Shown: in pieces, positions 26,828 through 38,238 of the stretch | Numbering within the stretch: the stretch's first letter is position 1 | Layout of the letters: each line of letters starts with the position of its first letter | Source: Rhizobium sp. Q54 | Lineage (GTDB): Bacteria; Pseudomonadota; Alphaproteobacteria; UBA2966; CAIVPW01 | Direction: 5' to 3' | NCBI GenBank assembly: GCA_945947575.1 | Contig: CAMEYM010000018.1 | Location: forward strand, 4,046-68,045 | Length of the DNA stretch: 64,000 bases | The notes under the pieces: generated by a model | Databases searched by the model: none | What the model was told of the DNA's origin: nothing | The model's input: the letters and a program-made list of their open reading frames with translations, nothing else | Position numbers and translations under genes: made by a program

Positions 26828-27952
26828 TCAAGCAGAGGCCGCCAGCCCGTTCGGCACTGCCGCCAACTCCGCCTGTTTCTCGATCCAACCACCGCCCACA
26901 ACGCGCCCGCCGTGGAATGCAACGCAGGCCTGTCCGGGCGCCACCCCCAGCTCGGCCACGTCAAGCTCGACCCGCACGCGGCCGTCCGGCAAGGGGTGCA
27001 GCGTGGCGCCCGCCGGTGGCCGCATCGAGCGGACCTTCACGGCAGCGCGCAGCGCCCGGACCGGCGGCGCCGACAACCAGTTGAATTCGCGCACGGCGAA
27101 GCTCGATACCGCCAATGCGGAGCGTGGACCGACGACGACGCGGCGCGTGTCCGCCTCGAGACGAAGGACGTGAAGCGGCGCCCCGCCCCCGAGCCCGAGT
27201 CCATGACGCTGGCCGACCGTGAAATGCACGACTCCCTTGTGGCGTCCGAGGACGCGACCGTCGACATGGACGATCTCGCCGGCCTGTTCCGCATCGGGAC
27301 GCAGCTTGCGCACGACGGCGGCGTAGTCGCCGGAGGGGACGAAACAGATGTCCTGGCTGTCGGCCTTCGCGGCGACGGGCAAGGCGAACCGGCGCGCGTG
27401 CGCGCGCGTCTCGCTCTTGACCATGCCGCCGATCGGGAAGCGCAGGAAGGCGAGTTGCGCGGGTGTCGTCGCAAAGAGGAAGTAGCTCTGGTCGCGGCTG
27501 GGATCCGCGGCGGCGTGCAACTCCGGACCGTGCGGTCCCTCGATGCGCTGCACGTAGTGGCCTGTGGCGAGGAAATCCGCGTTCAGATCACGCGCGACCT
27601 CCATCAGATCGCGGAACTTGATGCGCTGGTTGCAGCGCACGCACGGCACCGGCGTTTCCCCCGCCTCGTAGGTCGCGGCGAAGTCGTCGATTACTGCGGC
27701 ACGGAAACGCTGCTCGTAGTCGAGAACGTAGTGCGGGATGCCGAGCGCAGCAGCGACCCGGCGCGCGTCGGCGATATCGCGGCCCGCGCAGCAGGTGCCG
27801 GACCGTCCCGTTGCCACGCCATGGTCGTAGAGCTGCAAGGTAACACCGACGACGTCGTAGCCCTGCTCCTGCAGCAGAGCAGCGGCGACAGACGAGTCGA
27901 CGCCGCCCGACATGGCGACAACGGCACGGCGGCGCGGCGCGGCACTCAGCAT
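26828..27952 (-). CDS. mnmA: tRNA 2-thiouridine synthase MnmA
   Basis: [45 protein letters not shown]. Confidence 0.95.
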   Translation of the reverse strand: MLSAAPRRRAVVAMSGGVDSSVAAALLQEQGYDVVGVTLQLYDHGVATGRSGTCCAGRDIADARRVAAALGIPHYVLDYEQRFRAAVIDDFAATYEAGETPVPCVRCNQRIKFRDLMEVARDLNADFLATGHYVQRIEGPHGPELHAAADPSRDQSYFLFATTPAQLAFLRFPIGGMVKSETRAHARRFALPVAAKADSQDICFVPSGDYAAVVRKLRPDAEQAGEIVHVDGRVLGRHKGVVHFTVGQRHGLGLGGGAPLHVLRLEADTRRVVVGPRSALAVSSFAVREFNWLSAPPVRALRAAVKVRSMRPPAGATLHPLPDGRVRVELDVAELGVAPGQACVAFHGGRVVGGGWIEKQAELAAVPNGLAASA

Positions 27953-29073
27953 GGCGGCGAATATAGGCGGGATGCCCTGCAGCGCAACCGAACGGGGAGG
28001 ATGAAAGACCCTCGGCTGCTGCGAATCAGTCGCAACAGGCGCAGCGCGAGGCCCCGCCGCGCTAAACCTTGCCGAGGTACTTGAACCAGTCGGCGGTGGC
28101 GCCGGCGATCTTCTCTGGGGTCCAGACCGGAGCATCGCGCCAGTACTCGATGTGTTCGAGCCGGCCAGCGTGCCGCGGAGCGGCGCAGGCCGTTGTACGT
28201 CATGCGGCTGGCCCAGTGCTGGGTGCTGGGCTCGGTCGTGGCGTCGACGACGGCGCGCCCGTCCGGCGCGACGATGCGCACGCGGGTGCGGTCGCCCTTG
28301 GCCATGCCGAACACCTCGACCCAGAACACCATCGCCGGCGCGTCGGCCGCGAGGGTCGGTTCCTGTTGCTGACCGGCCATGATCTGGGCGCTTTCCGGCG
28401 GCGCGCTGGCGAAACCGGCGTTGAGCACGCCGGTCGCCCGATAGCCGAGTTGCGCGAGCGCCTCGGCGCTCCACAACGGCCGCCGCTCGGCGCCGCACAG
28501 GGCGGGCGCCGCGATGCCGACGAATGGATCCACGTTCCGTTCCTGATACCGAAACGCGACATGGACGTGCGGAAACTCGGCATGGCCCGACATTCCGACC
28601 AGGCCGATGACCTCGCCGGCCGCCACCGTCTGGCCGCCGCGAACCTGCACGCTGCCCTGACGCAAGTGGCAGTACTGCGTAACCCATCCGCCGCCATGGT
28701 CGAGGACGACACCATTGCCGCACTCGGTCCCCGCGACCGTTTCCACGCCGATTTCGCGAACATTGACGTCACGCACGCCATCACGGCGACCGACAACGGT
28801 GCCGGCAGCGGCCGCTAGCACGGGGACACCGCGCGCCACGAAGGTCATGTTGGGGACGCGAATGTCGGTGCCGTCGTGGCCGTTGTAGGCGAGATCGCCG
28901 CACGTGTAGTCGGCGACGCCGGGGCCGGGGTCATGGTCGATGTAGTTCTGCACCGTGCAGACGATGCCCATCTCGCACGCTACCGGTAGACCGAAGACGG
29001 GCTGCGCCGAGGCCGGGCGCACCGCGACAGCGACCAGGAGAACGAACGCGAACGCCAGCACGCCCCGAAGCAT
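27946..29073 (-). CDS. M23 peptidase family protein, true C-terminus apparently replaced after ~28165
   Basis: [28 protein letters not shown]; sequence turns non-protein-like after RWPA. Confidence 0.8.
   Translation of the reverse strand: MLRGVLAFAFVLLVAVAVRPASAQPVFGLPVACEMGIVCTVQNYIDHDPGPGVADYTCGDLAYNGHDGTDIRVPNMTFVARGVPVLAAAAGTVVGRRDGVRDVNVREIGVETVAGTECGNGVVLDHGGGWVTQYCHLRQGSVQVRGGQTVAAGEVIGLVGMSGHAEFPHVHVAFRYQERNVDPFVGIAAPALCGAERRPLWSAEALAQLGYRATGVLNAGFASAPPESAQIMAGQQQEPTLAADAPAMVFWVEVFGMAKGDRTRVRIVAPDGRAVVDATTEPSTQHWASRMTYNGLRRSAARWPARTHRVLARCSGLDPREDRRRHRRLVQVPRQGLARRGLALRLLRLIRSSRGSFILPVRLRCRASRLYSPPC
28062..28160 (-). pseudogene. Orphan C-terminal fragment of an NAD-dependent epimerase/SDR
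   Basis: [32 protein letters not shown] read in an alternative frame. Confidence 0.55.
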
Positions 29074-29121
29074 GACGCGTATCTTAGCGGCCGGTTCGGG
29101 CGAAAAGGTGGCCTTTGCGGG

Positions 29122-29547
29122 TCAGCCGCGCTCGCCCTGCTTGATGCGGTTCTGGGTGAGGGCGATCTCATCCAGCTCCAGGCGCTCGACGCGCGCGACG
29201 TCCGCGTTCTTGCGCGCCTGGTTGCGCTCCTCGGCCAGCTCGTACTTGCGCATCTCGCGCCACGCGGCGTTGACCGCGTCGCGCGCCACGTCGATGCGCT
29301 TGTCCACGTCCGCGAGGGTGCGCTTCAGCGTCTCGCGCCGCTGGATCACCGCCTTGGCGTATCCCGCATAGGTCCAGGCGCCCTCGACGCCGCTCTTCGC
29401 GGACAGCTGCTCGCGCACCACTTCGGATTCGAGCTCGTTCTGCTGACGCACCAAGTCGGTGCGCAGTCCTTGTAGTGCGGCAAGGGCGCGGCGCTTCTCT
29501 TCGAGCGTCCACTTGTTGAGGCGAATCAGGGACACCAGGCTCTTCAT
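29122..29547 (-). CDS. fliJ: Flagellar export protein FliJ
   Basis: LIRLNKWTLEEKRR...LDEIA coiled coil, directly after fliI. Confidence 0.8.
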   Translation of the reverse strand: MKSLVSLIRLNKWTLEEKRRALAALQGLRTDLVRQQNELESEVVREQLSAKSGVEGAWTYAGYAKAVIQRRETLKRTLADVDKRIDVARDAVNAAWREMRKYELAEERNQARKNADVARVERLELDEIALTQNRIKQGERG

Positions 29548-29581
29548 GCCGGCGTCCCCGAAACGGTTTGGTCAACGCGCA

Positions 29582-30916
29582 TCATTTCTTTGCTGCGGCA
29601 ACTTTCGGTGTGCCGACGATCTTGGCGAGGGTCGCGTAGCCCGCCGCCAGCTCGGAACGCTCCGTCTTGCCCTGCCCCAGGAAACGCTCGAGGCCGTCGC
29701 GATGCTTGATCGCTTCGTCGATGGCCGCGTCCGATCCGGCACGGTACGCACCGAGGCGAATCATGTCGGCCATCTCCTCGTACGTCGATACGAGGGTACG
29801 TGCGCGCGACACCAAGTCGTTCTCTTCCTTGGTGTTGCAGTCGGGCATCGAGCGCGAAACGCTGCGCAGGATGTTGATCGGGGGATAGCGGCCGCGCTCG
29901 GCGATCGAGCGGTCCAGGACGATGTGGCCGTCCAGAATGCCGCGCACCGCGTCGGCAACCGGTTCGTTGTGGTCGTCGCCCTCGACGAGGACGGTGAAGA
30001 GGCCCGTGATGGTGCCGGCGCCGATACCAGTGCCCGCGCGCTCCAGGAGGCGCGGCAACTCGGCGAACACGGTCGGCGTGTAGCCTTTGCTGGCCGGCGG
30101 CTCGCCGCCCGACAGACCGATCTCGCGTTGGGCCATAGCAAAGCGTGTGATCGAATCGATCATGCACAGCACGTCCTTGCCTTGGTCGCGAAAATGCTCG
30201 GCAACGGCGAGCGTCATGTACGCGGCCTGACGGCGCATGAGCGCCGACTCATCGCCGGTCGCGACGATGATGATGCTGCGCTTGAGGCCTTCCGGCCCCA
30301 AGTAGTCCTCGATGAACTCTTTCACCTCGCGGCCGCGCTCGCCGACCAGGCCGATGACGTTGACGTCGCTGGTCGCGTACTTGGCCATCATCGACAGCAG
30401 CACCGACTTGCCGATGCCGGAGCCGGCAAAGATGCCCATGCGCTGACCGAGGCAGACGGTGGTGAACGTGTTGATGGAGCGCACGCCGAGATCGATCTTG
30501 CCGCCGAGACGGCGGCGACGCGCCGCGATCGGCGCGGATGCGCGCAGCTGCATGCCCTGCGGGCCCTGCGGCAGCGGCGGGCCACCGTCGATCGGCTCAC
30601 CGAGCGCATTGACGACGCGGCCGAGCCACGTCGCGTGCGGATACACGACGGCGTCGTGATCCGCGACGATGGTCTTGGCGCCAAGCCCGATGCCGTCGAG
30701 CGAGCCGAACGGCATCACCAGCGCGCGGCCGTCCTTGAAGCCGACGACCTCGCCGGCGATCTGCGCACCGCGCCGCCCGGCCATGCTGACGCGGGTGCCG
30801 ATGCTGACCGCACTGAACAAGCCACCGACAGCAACGAGCAGACCTTGAATGCCGGCAACCCGGCCAAAGGTGCGGTGGTCGGGCAGGCGATCGACTTCGG
30901 CAATGAGGCTATCCAC
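29582..30916 (-). CDS. fliI: Flagellar export ATPase FliI
   Basis: GIFAGSGIGKS, GERGREV, DSITRFAMAQRE, VEGDDHNEP, GAYRAGSD. Confidence 0.93.
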   Translation of the reverse strand: MDSLIAEVDRLPDHRTFGRVAGIQGLLVAVGGLFSAVSIGTRVSMAGRRGAQIAGEVVGFKDGRALVMPFGSLDGIGLGAKTIVADHDAVVYPHATWLGRVVNALGEPIDGGPPLPQGPQGMQLRASAPIAARRRRLGGKIDLGVRSINTFTTVCLGQRMGIFAGSGIGKSVLLSMMAKYATSDVNVIGLVGERGREVKEFIEDYLGPEGLKRSIIIVATGDESALMRRQAAYMTLAVAEHFRDQGKDVLCMIDSITRFAMAQREIGLSGGEPPASKGYTPTVFAELPRLLERAGTGIGAGTITGLFTVLVEGDDHNEPVADAVRGILDGHIVLDRSIAERGRYPPINILRSVSRSMPDCNTKEENDLVSRARTLVSTYEEMADMIRLGAYRAGSDAAIDEAIKHRDGLERFLGQGKTERSELAAGYATLAKIVGTPKVAAAKK

Positions 30917-30988
30917 GGCGGCCTCCGGTCCTTGCACAGCGGCGGAGAACCGCCGTTTTTGAGACACCGTCAGAGTGCCCGATTACGC

Positions 30989-31117
30989 TTAACGGACGGT
31001 AAAGGATCGGCCGTTAAGGTCTGGCCTACCTACAAGGATTACCTCTTTGGAGGGAAAAGGTACCACCGTGGTGCAACCGAGATATCCCTATGGTATGGTG
31101 CCATTAACGATGATTAA
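30989..31117. promoter_or_regulatory. Putative CtrA-binding half-site pairs
   Basis: TTAA-N7-TAAA at 30989-31003 and TTAA-N6-TTAA at 31104-31117 in the AT-rich fliI/ctrA intergenic region. Confidence 0.5.
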
Positions 31118-31176
31118 TGGCCCGCCCCCGGGGGAACGTTCTGGTTGGGGCGCGGTTCGCAACGGAGGGGATGCCG

Positions 31177-31878
31177 ATGCGCGTTCTGCTGGTTGAAGAC
31201 GATCCGGTAACCGCCCGCAGCGTCGAGAAGATGCTGACCGGCGAAGGGTTCAACGTCTACACGACCGACCTGGGCGAGGAAGGCCTCGACCTCGGCAAGC
31301 TGTACGACTACGACATCATCGTTCTCGACCTGAACCTCCCCGACATGCACGGGTATGAGGTTCTCAAGCGCCTGCGCAACTCGAAGGTGCGCACGCCGAT
31401 CCTGATCCTCTCCGGCGACTCGGAGCCCGACGACAAGGTCAAAGGCCTGGTCTTCGGCGCTGACGACTACCTCACCAAGCCGTTCAACAAGGCCGAACTG
31501 GTCGCGCGCCTGCACGCCATCGTGCGCCGCTCCAAGGGCCACGCCGAGTCGGTCATCAACATCGGCAAGCTGTCCGTCAACCTGGATGCCCACACCGTGG
31601 CGTCCGCTGGCATTCCGGTGCACCTGACGGGCAAGGAATACAGCGTTCTCGAGCTCCTCGCCCTGCGCAAGGGCACCACGCTGACCAAGGAGATGTTCCT
31701 CAATCATCTCTACGGCGGCATGGACGAGCCGGAGCTCAAGATCATCGACGTGTTCGTCTGCAAGCTGCGCAAGAAGCTCGCGGCGGCCACCGGCGGCGAC
31801 CACTACATCGAGACGGTGTGGGGCCGCGGCTACGTCCTGCGCGACCCGTCCAATCAATCCGCCATCCACGCGGCTTGA
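31177..31878 (+). CDS. ctrA: Cell-cycle master regulator CtrA
   Basis: [52 protein letters not shown]; C-terminal AA. Confidence 0.97.
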   Translation: MRVLLVEDDPVTARSVEKMLTGEGFNVYTTDLGEEGLDLGKLYDYDIIVLDLNLPDMHGYEVLKRLRNSKVRTPILILSGDSEPDDKVKGLVFGADDYLTKPFNKAELVARLHAIVRRSKGHAESVINIGKLSVNLDAHTVASAGIPVHLTGKEYSVLELLALRKGTTLTKEMFLNHLYGGMDEPELKIIDVFVCKLRKKLAAATGGDHYIETVWGRGYVLRDPSNQSAIHAA

Positions 31879-32107
31879 CCATGAATCGCCGACCACGTCC
31901 GTTCGCGGAGCGCGCGGCGGCTCGTACTCGCTTGGCTGAGCGCGCACGCAAGCGCAGCGGTCCCCGCGTCGTCCGCCTCGATCAGGCGGGCCTGTCGCGG
32001 CACGGCGGCGCCGGAGAGCGCGGTCTTCTCCACTTCGGCGAGCGCAGCCCGCTGCTGCGCGAGGATCCCGAGTCGCCGCTGCTACCGCGGCACTAGGACG
32101 CTGTTTC

Positions 32108-32824
32108 GTGGCTACCCGCGGGCTCGTTCAAGCCGTCAAGGACCTCACTGAGGTTGTGCGACTGTCCGGCGCACCGATCAAAGATCCTTTCCGCTACGAG
32201 GTTCATCTGCCTGGGAGCCACAACCCCGACTTGCCGGAGGGTTCCCGAGCCGTATACGCCTTCCTGTGCGGAGATACTTCGCTGAAGGTCGGGAAGGTGG
32301 GCCTTCGGAGTGCCGCCCGGTTCGAGTACCAGCATTACCAAGGTGGGGCCCAAAGCACCTTGCACGCGTCCCTCACGACCGAAGTGATGGCCCTCAGACT
32401 CTCGGCACGCGGCGTTCAGATTGATCGGGTACTCACGGAAGAGGGAGAGGCAGTCTACCGGGCACCCCACGCCGAGGTGCGGCCGACGGTTCCCAATCTG
32501 GATCGCACTAGCCCCGAGAAGGATCGTCCGAACCTCGACCGCTCACTCATATCGGTCAGCGCAGCCGCCATCAAGCACGTCCACGACCGAGTATTCGCCG
32601 AAAGTCCCTTTGAGCCGCACGATCTTGCGCGACTTGATGAGCGCTTTGGGATTGGCGACCGCCGGGCCGCACCAGTCCAAACTGTGGAGCAGTGGATTCG
32701 CGGTCGAACTGAGCGGATCGACATATTCGTACCGGCGGCGCTAGGTCCGGCAATGGCCTCGCTCGTCGAGGCATTTTTGCACGCGCGCTGGAGCCCAAGA
32801 TACGAGGGCCGAACGCGAATCTAG
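32108..32824 (+). CDS. Hypothetical protein, GIY-YIG-like motifs
   Basis: AVYAF...LKVGK...ARF...LVEAFLHARWSPRYE; less GC3-biased than neighbours. Confidence 0.55.
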   Translation: MATRGLVQAVKDLTEVVRLSGAPIKDPFRYEVHLPGSHNPDLPEGSRAVYAFLCGDTSLKVGKVGLRSAARFEYQHYQGGAQSTLHASLTTEVMALRLSARGVQIDRVLTEEGEAVYRAPHAEVRPTVPNLDRTSPEKDRPNLDRSLISVSAAAIKHVHDRVFAESPFEPHDLARLDERFGIGDRRAAPVQTVEQWIRGRTERIDIFVPAALGPAMASLVEAFLHARWSPRYEGRTRI

Positions 32825-32864
32825 CGTGCTGCCCCCGCGCCTCACTGCAGCGGGGTGATAGGTG

Positions 32865-33493
32865 CTAACCGGGCGGCAACGCCGCCGTCAGCACCACCCG
32901 ATCGGAGGTGGCCGCGGTGACGATGGCGCTACCGAGCGAGCGCGCCAGGGCGCCCGCGTAATACGGCTGCACCAAGCGTGCGTTGAGCGCTGCGGCATCG
33001 CCGGACAGCGCCACCTTCCTTTCCTCGGCGAGAGTCGCCCCCTGCCCGCCGCGGTCACCTCGACCCGGCGATCCTCCAGCGCGACCGAGACGGTACCGCC
33101 GCGCGGCAGCGCCTCGGCGCAGATCATCACGAGACTCAGCGTCAGCTTGACGACAGGTTGCGGCGCGTCCGCGGCCGTGCCGCGGGGCCAATCGACCTTC
33201 ACCTTGCGTCCCTCGAAGAAGGCGGTCACCTTCGCGCGCGCCTCGTCGAGCGGCTGGCGCGAGCCGAGCCCCCCGGCGGCGCCGAACGCCAGGCGGAAGA
33301 ACTCCAGGCGGCGCAAGGTCTCGCGCGCGCTGAACTCCAGAAGGTCGAGGGCACCGGCATCAACGCCGCCCTTGCCGCTCTCCTCGCGCAACATCTCGAT
33401 GCCGTTGCCGACCGCGCCGGCGGAAGCCGCGAGGTCGTGCATCAGGCGAGAGACGAGCAGCGATGCGAGAACGAGTTCGTCGGAGGACATCAA
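32865..33493 (-). CDS. chpT: Histidine phosphotransferase ChpT, frameshifted in a G5 run (~33038-33042)
   Basis: SRLMHDL...GNGIE, LEFFRLAFG, ALPRGG in one frame; VQPYYAGALA in the next; one extra G restores the frame. Confidence 0.8.
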
Positions 33494-33909
33494 CCCGACG
33501 AGCGCTTGCGCGGTGCGGCCAGGAGTTCGCCGAGCGAGGCGACCTCCCCCTCCACCACCGAGCGCACCTTCGCTTCGATCGTGTGGTAGCGCGCCAGGGC
33601 CGTCTCGCCGAGTTCGGTGAGACGCGCGCCGCCACCGCCTTTGCCACCGGTCGTCGTCTCGACCAGCGGCTCGCGGAACAGGTGGTTGACCTCGTCGATG
33701 AGGACCCAGGCGCGCCGGTAGGACATGTTGGCCGCCCGCGCCGCGGCCGAGATCGATCCGGTGCGGCCGACGGCCTCCAGAAGCTTCACCTTGCCCGGAC
33801 CCAGCGGATACGAGGAGCCAAAAAGGATACGCACCTGGGGCGCCTCGACCACTTTGGGCCGGGGCGGCCGGTTGGCCTTGGTGGCAACTTTGCCGGGGGC
33901 TGAAGCCAT
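33490..33909 (-). CDS. ModE-family winged-HTH regulator (N-terminal domain only)
   Basis: LGPGKVKLLEAV..TGSISAAARAANMSYRRAW, GGKGGGGARLT; divergent from moaA. Confidence 0.88.
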   Translation of the reverse strand: MASAPGKVATKANRPPRPKVVEAPQVRILFGSSYPLGPGKVKLLEAVGRTGSISAAARAANMSYRRAWVLIDEVNHLFREPLVETTTGGKGGGGARLTELGETALARYHTIEAKVRSVVEGEVASLGELLAAPRKRSSG

Positions 33910-34019
33910 CGTGATTGTGGGATCGGACGCTTTGCTTATATTCTGCGGATCATAACGGCCCTGCCCCCTCGGTGCGATACTTGGGTGCGACAGGGTTAGC
34001 CACGTCCCGGGAGGACGCA

Positions 34020-35060
34020 TTGGACGGTTGCGAAACCATCGTCGCTGATAAGAGCACCTCCAGCAAGCTGGTCGATCCGTTCGGCCGCACGGTCAGATAC
34101 CTGCGCGTGTCGGTGACCGACCGCTGCGACTTCCGCTGCCAGTACTGCATGGCGGAAGAGATGACGTTCCTGCCCAAGTCGGAGGTCCTCTCGCTCGAGG
34201 AGATCGATCGCGTCTGTGCGGCCTTCGTGCGCAAGGGCGTCGAGAAGATTCGCCTGACGGGCGGCGAGCCGCTGGTGCGCAAGGACATCATGGTCCTGGT
34301 CAACCGCCTGGCGCGGCACCTGAAGACCGGCGCGCTCAACGAACTGACGGTCACCACCAACGGCAGCCAGCTCACCAAGCTGGCGCCCCAACTGGCCGCC
34401 GCGGGCATCAGGCGCATCAACGTCTCGGTCGACTCGCTCAAGGCCGACAAGTTCCGCGAGATCACGCGGCGTGGCGACCTCGACGTCGTGCTCGCCGGCA
34501 TCCGCGCCGCGCGCGACGCCGGCATGCAGGTCAAGATCAACGCCGTGGCGCTGAAGGGCGTCAACGACGACGAGTACGACGACATGATCCGCTGGTGCGC
34601 CGAGACGCAGACGGACATGACGCTGATCGAGACCATGCCGATGGGCGAGGTCGATCACGACCGCACCGACCACTACCTGCCGCTCAGCCTGGTGCGTGCG
34701 CGCCTCGCCGAGAAATGGACGCTGGAAGACCTCGACTACAACTCCGGCGGCCCGGCGCGTTACGTGCGCGTCAAGGAGACCGGCCGCAAGATCGGCTTCA
34801 TCACGCCGCTCAGCCACAACTTCTGCGAGTCGTGCAACCGCGTGCGCCTGACGTGTACCGGCACGCTGTACATGTGCCTCGGCCAGAACGATGCCGCCGA
34901 CCTGCGCTTCCCGATGCGCGTCGAGAAGGACTCGGACGAGTTGCTCGACGCCGCGATCGACGAAGCAATCGGCCGCAAGCCGAAGGGCCACGACTTCATC
35001 ATCGACCGCCGCCACAAGGGCCCGGCCGTCTCCCGCCACATGAGCGTCACCGGCGGCTAA
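34020..35060 (+). CDS. moaA: GTP 3',8-cyclase MoaA
   Basis: [35 protein letters not shown]-terminus; start uncertain. Confidence 0.96.
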   Translation: MDGCETIVADKSTSSKLVDPFGRTVRYLRVSVTDRCDFRCQYCMAEEMTFLPKSEVLSLEEIDRVCAAFVRKGVEKIRLTGGEPLVRKDIMVLVNRLARHLKTGALNELTVTTNGSQLTKLAPQLAAAGIRRINVSVDSLKADKFREITRRGDLDVVLAGIRAARDAGMQVKINAVALKGVNDDEYDDMIRWCAETQTDMTLIETMPMGEVDHDRTDHYLPLSLVRARLAEKWTLEDLDYNSGGPARYVRVKETGRKIGFITPLSHNFCESCNRVRLTCTGTLYMCLGQNDAADLRFPMRVEKDSDELLDAAIDEAIGRKPKGHDFIIDRRHKGPAVSRHMSVTGG

Positions 35061-35066
35061 GGCCGC

Positions 35067-35894
35067 CTAACGCTTGTCGTCGAACGGATTGAAGTGCTTC
35101 CGGTTCGGATCGATCCGGAACGGATTGCCGCGTTCTTCCCTGCGGTCCGGGGCGCGGTCGTCCCAACGCGTGTTCTCGTAGCCGGGCGGCACCGATAGGT
35201 GCGGGCCGCGGAAGTTGAGGACCGGCACGCCACGTTTCTTGAACACGAACACCAGCACCATGCCGGCGAGGAAGCCGCCGATGTGCGCCCAGTACGCGGT
35301 GCCACCGCCCTCGGTGGGCGTGGTGCCACCGGCGAATAGCTGCAGAACGAACCACAGGCCCAGCACGATCCACGCCGGGATTCGCATCGGATGCAAGATG
35401 ATACCGAGCGGGATGATGACCAGCACCTTGGCGTTGGGGTGCAGCAAGATGTAGGCGCCGAGCACTCCGCCGATCGCGCCGGACGCACCGATCATCGGTA
35501 TTTCGGAGGACGGGTCCTGGAAGGCCTGCGCCAGGGCAGCAGCGACGCCGCACGCCACGTAGAAGACGATGTAGCGGGTGTGGCCCATCGAGTCTTCGAC
35601 GTTGTTCCCGAAGATCCACAGGTACAGCATGTTGCCGGCGAGGTGCATGAAGCCGCCGTGCATGAACATCGAGGTGAGGATCGTCATCCACGGCGCCACG
35701 ACCGCGAGGTCGGGCGGTAGATCCGCCTCGCCGAACAGGACCGCGGGGACCAGGCCGTAGGAGTAGAAGATCTCCTCGCCCGCCGCGCCGGTATTGGTCA
35801 GCTGCCAGAGGAAGACCAGAACACAGGCAACGATGATGCCGACCGTGACGCGGGGTGCGGTGGCGGATGGCTGGTCGTCGTGGAGGGGGATCAT
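35067..35894 (-). CDS. Rhomboid intramembrane serine protease
   Basis: [28 protein letters not shown]. Confidence 0.92.
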   Translation of the reverse strand: MIPLHDDQPSATAPRVTVGIIVACVLVFLWQLTNTGAAGEEIFYSYGLVPAVLFGEADLPPDLAVVAPWMTILTSMFMHGGFMHLAGNMLYLWIFGNNVEDSMGHTRYIVFYVACGVAAALAQAFQDPSSEIPMIGASGAIGGVLGAYILLHPNAKVLVIIPLGIILHPMRIPAWIVLGLWFVLQLFAGGTTPTEGGGTAYWAHIGGFLAGMVLVFVFKKRGVPVLNFRGPHLSVPPGYENTRWDDRAPDRREERGNPFRIDPNRKHFNPFDDKR

Positions 35895-36015
35895 GGGCGC
35901 CTCGTCCGCCACCTCTAGCGCGCTGGCAGGGCCAGCACCAGCGTTCCGACGCCCTAGAGGCGCGGGGTATACTGCGGGCGTTTCCAGCCGATCCTACTCT
36001 CGCAGGCGCATCCCA

Positions 36016-36885
36016 TTGGCGAAACCGAAGGCACCTAAGCGTGGGCCCAGCGCGCCGCGCCGCGGCACGACAGCGCGGCGGGGCGCGACTACCGGCCGGA
36101 CGCGGACCGAAGTGGCGTTCGTCGCCGACGCGACCAAGGCGGCGCGCGATGCGCGGCGGGCGTGCATCAAGCTGTATGGCGACGCGCCCATCGAAAGGGC
36201 CGGCATCGTCGTTGCGCTGGGTGGCGACGGCTTCATGCTGCACACCCTCCACCACACGATGGATGGCGTACCGGTGTACGGCATGAACGTCGGCACCGTC
36301 GGATTCCTGATGAACGCGTACCGGCCCGAGGGCCTGCTCGAGCGGCTGGGGCGCGCCAAGGAAGTCCGCCTGCACCCGTTGCGCATGGTCGCCAAGACCC
36401 GCTCCGGGCGCCGCATCACCGAGATCGCCATCAACGAGGTGTCGCTGCTGCGGGCCTCCGGTCAGATGGCGAAGCTTGCCGTCTCCATCGACGGCGTGGT
36501 GCGCATGCCGGTGCTGGCGTGCGACGGGGCGCTCGCGTCGACCACGGCGGGATCGACTGCCTACAACCTGTCGGCGCACGGGCCGATTCTGCCGCTGGGG
36601 TCGCGCCTATTGGCGCTGACGCCGATCAGCGCGCACCGCCCGCGGCATTGGCGCGGCGCGATCCTCCCGGCTGACGCCAAGATCCGGTTTGAGACGCTGG
36701 AGGCGGACAAGCGACCCGTGAACGCCAGCGCCGACCACCGCGAGGTGCAGGACGTCGCCTGGGTGGAGGTTGCGGAGGCCAAGGACCGCTCGATGTCCTT
36801 GCTTTTCGACCCCGAGCACCACCTCGAGGAGCGCATCCTACGCGAGCAGTTCGCGGCCTTCGTAGGCGGCGGCGAGCCGGCCTAG
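36016..36885 (+). CDS. nadK: NAD kinase
   Basis: [26 protein letters not shown]; start uncertain. Confidence 0.92.
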   Translation: MAKPKAPKRGPSAPRRGTTARRGATTGRTRTEVAFVADATKAARDARRACIKLYGDAPIERAGIVVALGGDGFMLHTLHHTMDGVPVYGMNVGTVGFLMNAYRPEGLLERLGRAKEVRLHPLRMVAKTRSGRRITEIAINEVSLLRASGQMAKLAVSIDGVVRMPVLACDGALASTTAGSTAYNLSAHGPILPLGSRLLALTPISAHRPRHWRGAILPADAKIRFETLEADKRPVNASADHREVQDVAWVEVAEAKDRSMSLLFDPEHHLEERILREQFAAFVGGGEPA

Positions 36886-36993
36886 CAGCCGCCCGCGTTC
36901 CTCAGCCGTCCATACGGGATCGGCCGCATTGCGGGCCTTGTCAGGCGTACCTAGGTTACATGGGTACCCAACAAGACAGAGGAACGGTGGCCG

Positions 36994-37548
36994 ATGAAGA
37001 TCCCCCTCCAGATCACCTTCCGCGATTTCGACTCGTCCCCTGCCGTTGACGCGCGCGTGCGCGAGGAAGTGGACAAGTTGGAGCGCTTTCACCCGAGCAT
37101 CATTTCGTGCCGTGTCGTGCTGGAGCGGCCACACCGGCAGCACAACAAGGGCAACGTCTTCCACACGGCGATCTACGTCACGTTGCCGGGCAACGACGTC
37201 GAAGTGAACCGCGGCGAGCGGCCAGAGTACGCAGATATCTACATTTCGATCCGCGACGCCTTCGATGACGTGCGCCGGCGCCTCGACGATCAGCGCGACC
37301 TGCAGCGCCACGCGGTGAAACGCCATGACGCGCCGCCGCACGGCGCGGTCGAACGGCTATTCCCCGACCACGGCTTCATCCGCACCGCCGACGGCCGCGA
37401 TGTCTACTTCCACCGCAACGCGGTGTTGAACGACGCGTTCGAGCACCTCGAAGTAGGGGCCGCGGTGCGCTTTGCCGAGGAGATGGGTGACAAGGGGCCG
37501 CAGGCGTCAACCGTCGCCACGATCGGCAAGCATCACATCGTCGGCTAG
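36994..37548 (+). CDS. HPF/RaiA ribosome-associated domain fused to a cold-shock domain
   Basis: LQITFR...KLERFHPSIISCRV, IRDAFD, then HGFI...VYFHRNAV...GPQAS. Confidence 0.88.
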   Translation: MKIPLQITFRDFDSSPAVDARVREEVDKLERFHPSIISCRVVLERPHRQHNKGNVFHTAIYVTLPGNDVEVNRGERPEYADIYISIRDAFDDVRRRLDDQRDLQRHAVKRHDAPPHGAVERLFPDHGFIRTADGRDVYFHRNAVLNDAFEHLEVGAAVRFAEEMGDKGPQASTVATIGKHHIVG

Positions 37549-37557
37549 GGCCGCAGC

Positions 37558-38238
37558 TTACGGGTGGTAGCCCGGCACCACGAAGCCTGAGAGCACCCGC
37601 TCCAGCGCGATGCGATCTTCCATGCCGCGCAGGAGCACGAGGCGGACGGCCCGGTCGAGCTGAATGGGATCGAGGGCGGTGCCCATCCGCCGCGCCTCGA
37701 GGACGGTGCCGGTGAGCGCGCCGACGAAACCGGCCGTGAGTTCCTTTACCGGCAGGTCCGTGCGGAACGTGCTCCGCAGCCAGCCGAACTGGATGATGCC
37801 CTCGATGGTCCGGTACAGGTGGCTGAACAGGCGGCTGGTGCGCGCCGCGATGCGCCCCTCATTGCCCGCGTATTCGGTGCCCATGAGCACCAACAGAGCC
37901 ATGCGGTTGGAACGGCCGTGCTGGGCGCGGGTCAGTGTCTCAATGAAGGCACCGAGCTTCGCTTCCGCGGTCGAGGGCGCCTTCGACACCTCGGAAATCA
38001 TCGCCTCGATGACGTCCTGCTCGATGTCGTCGAGCACCTTCAGCGTCACGCCTTCGATGTCTTCGGCGTACTTGCGCACGGTGTCTTCGTGCAGTCCCGA
38101 TGCGCGCACAACGTCGGCATATGTCGTCGCCTTGACGCCCTGCCGCAACATAAGGGTCAGCGACGCGCTCAACATACGGTCGAGCTCGGGCGGATTCTGG
38201 CGTTGCGGTGCGCGTGGCGCAGCTAGGGCGGGGGGCAC
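37558..38238 (-). CDS. TetR/AcrR-like regulator (divergent HTH)
   Basis: LRQGVKATTYADVVRASG N-terminal HTH-like region; helical C-domain. Confidence 0.6.
   Translation of the reverse strand: MPPALAAPRAPQRQNPPELDRMLSASLTLMLRQGVKATTYADVVRASGLHEDTVRKYAEDIEGVTLKVLDDIEQDVIEAMISEVSKAPSTAEAKLGAFIETLTRAQHGRSNRMALLVLMGTEYAGNEGRIAARTSRLFSHLYRTIEGIIQFGWLRSTFRTDLPVKELTAGFVGALTGTVLEARRMGTALDPIQLDRAVRLVLLRGMEDRIALERVLSGFVVPGYHP

Noticed and set aside
31881-32096. Small Arg-rich ORF after ctrA
   Set aside because: No recognisable motif or RBS; cannot be supported.
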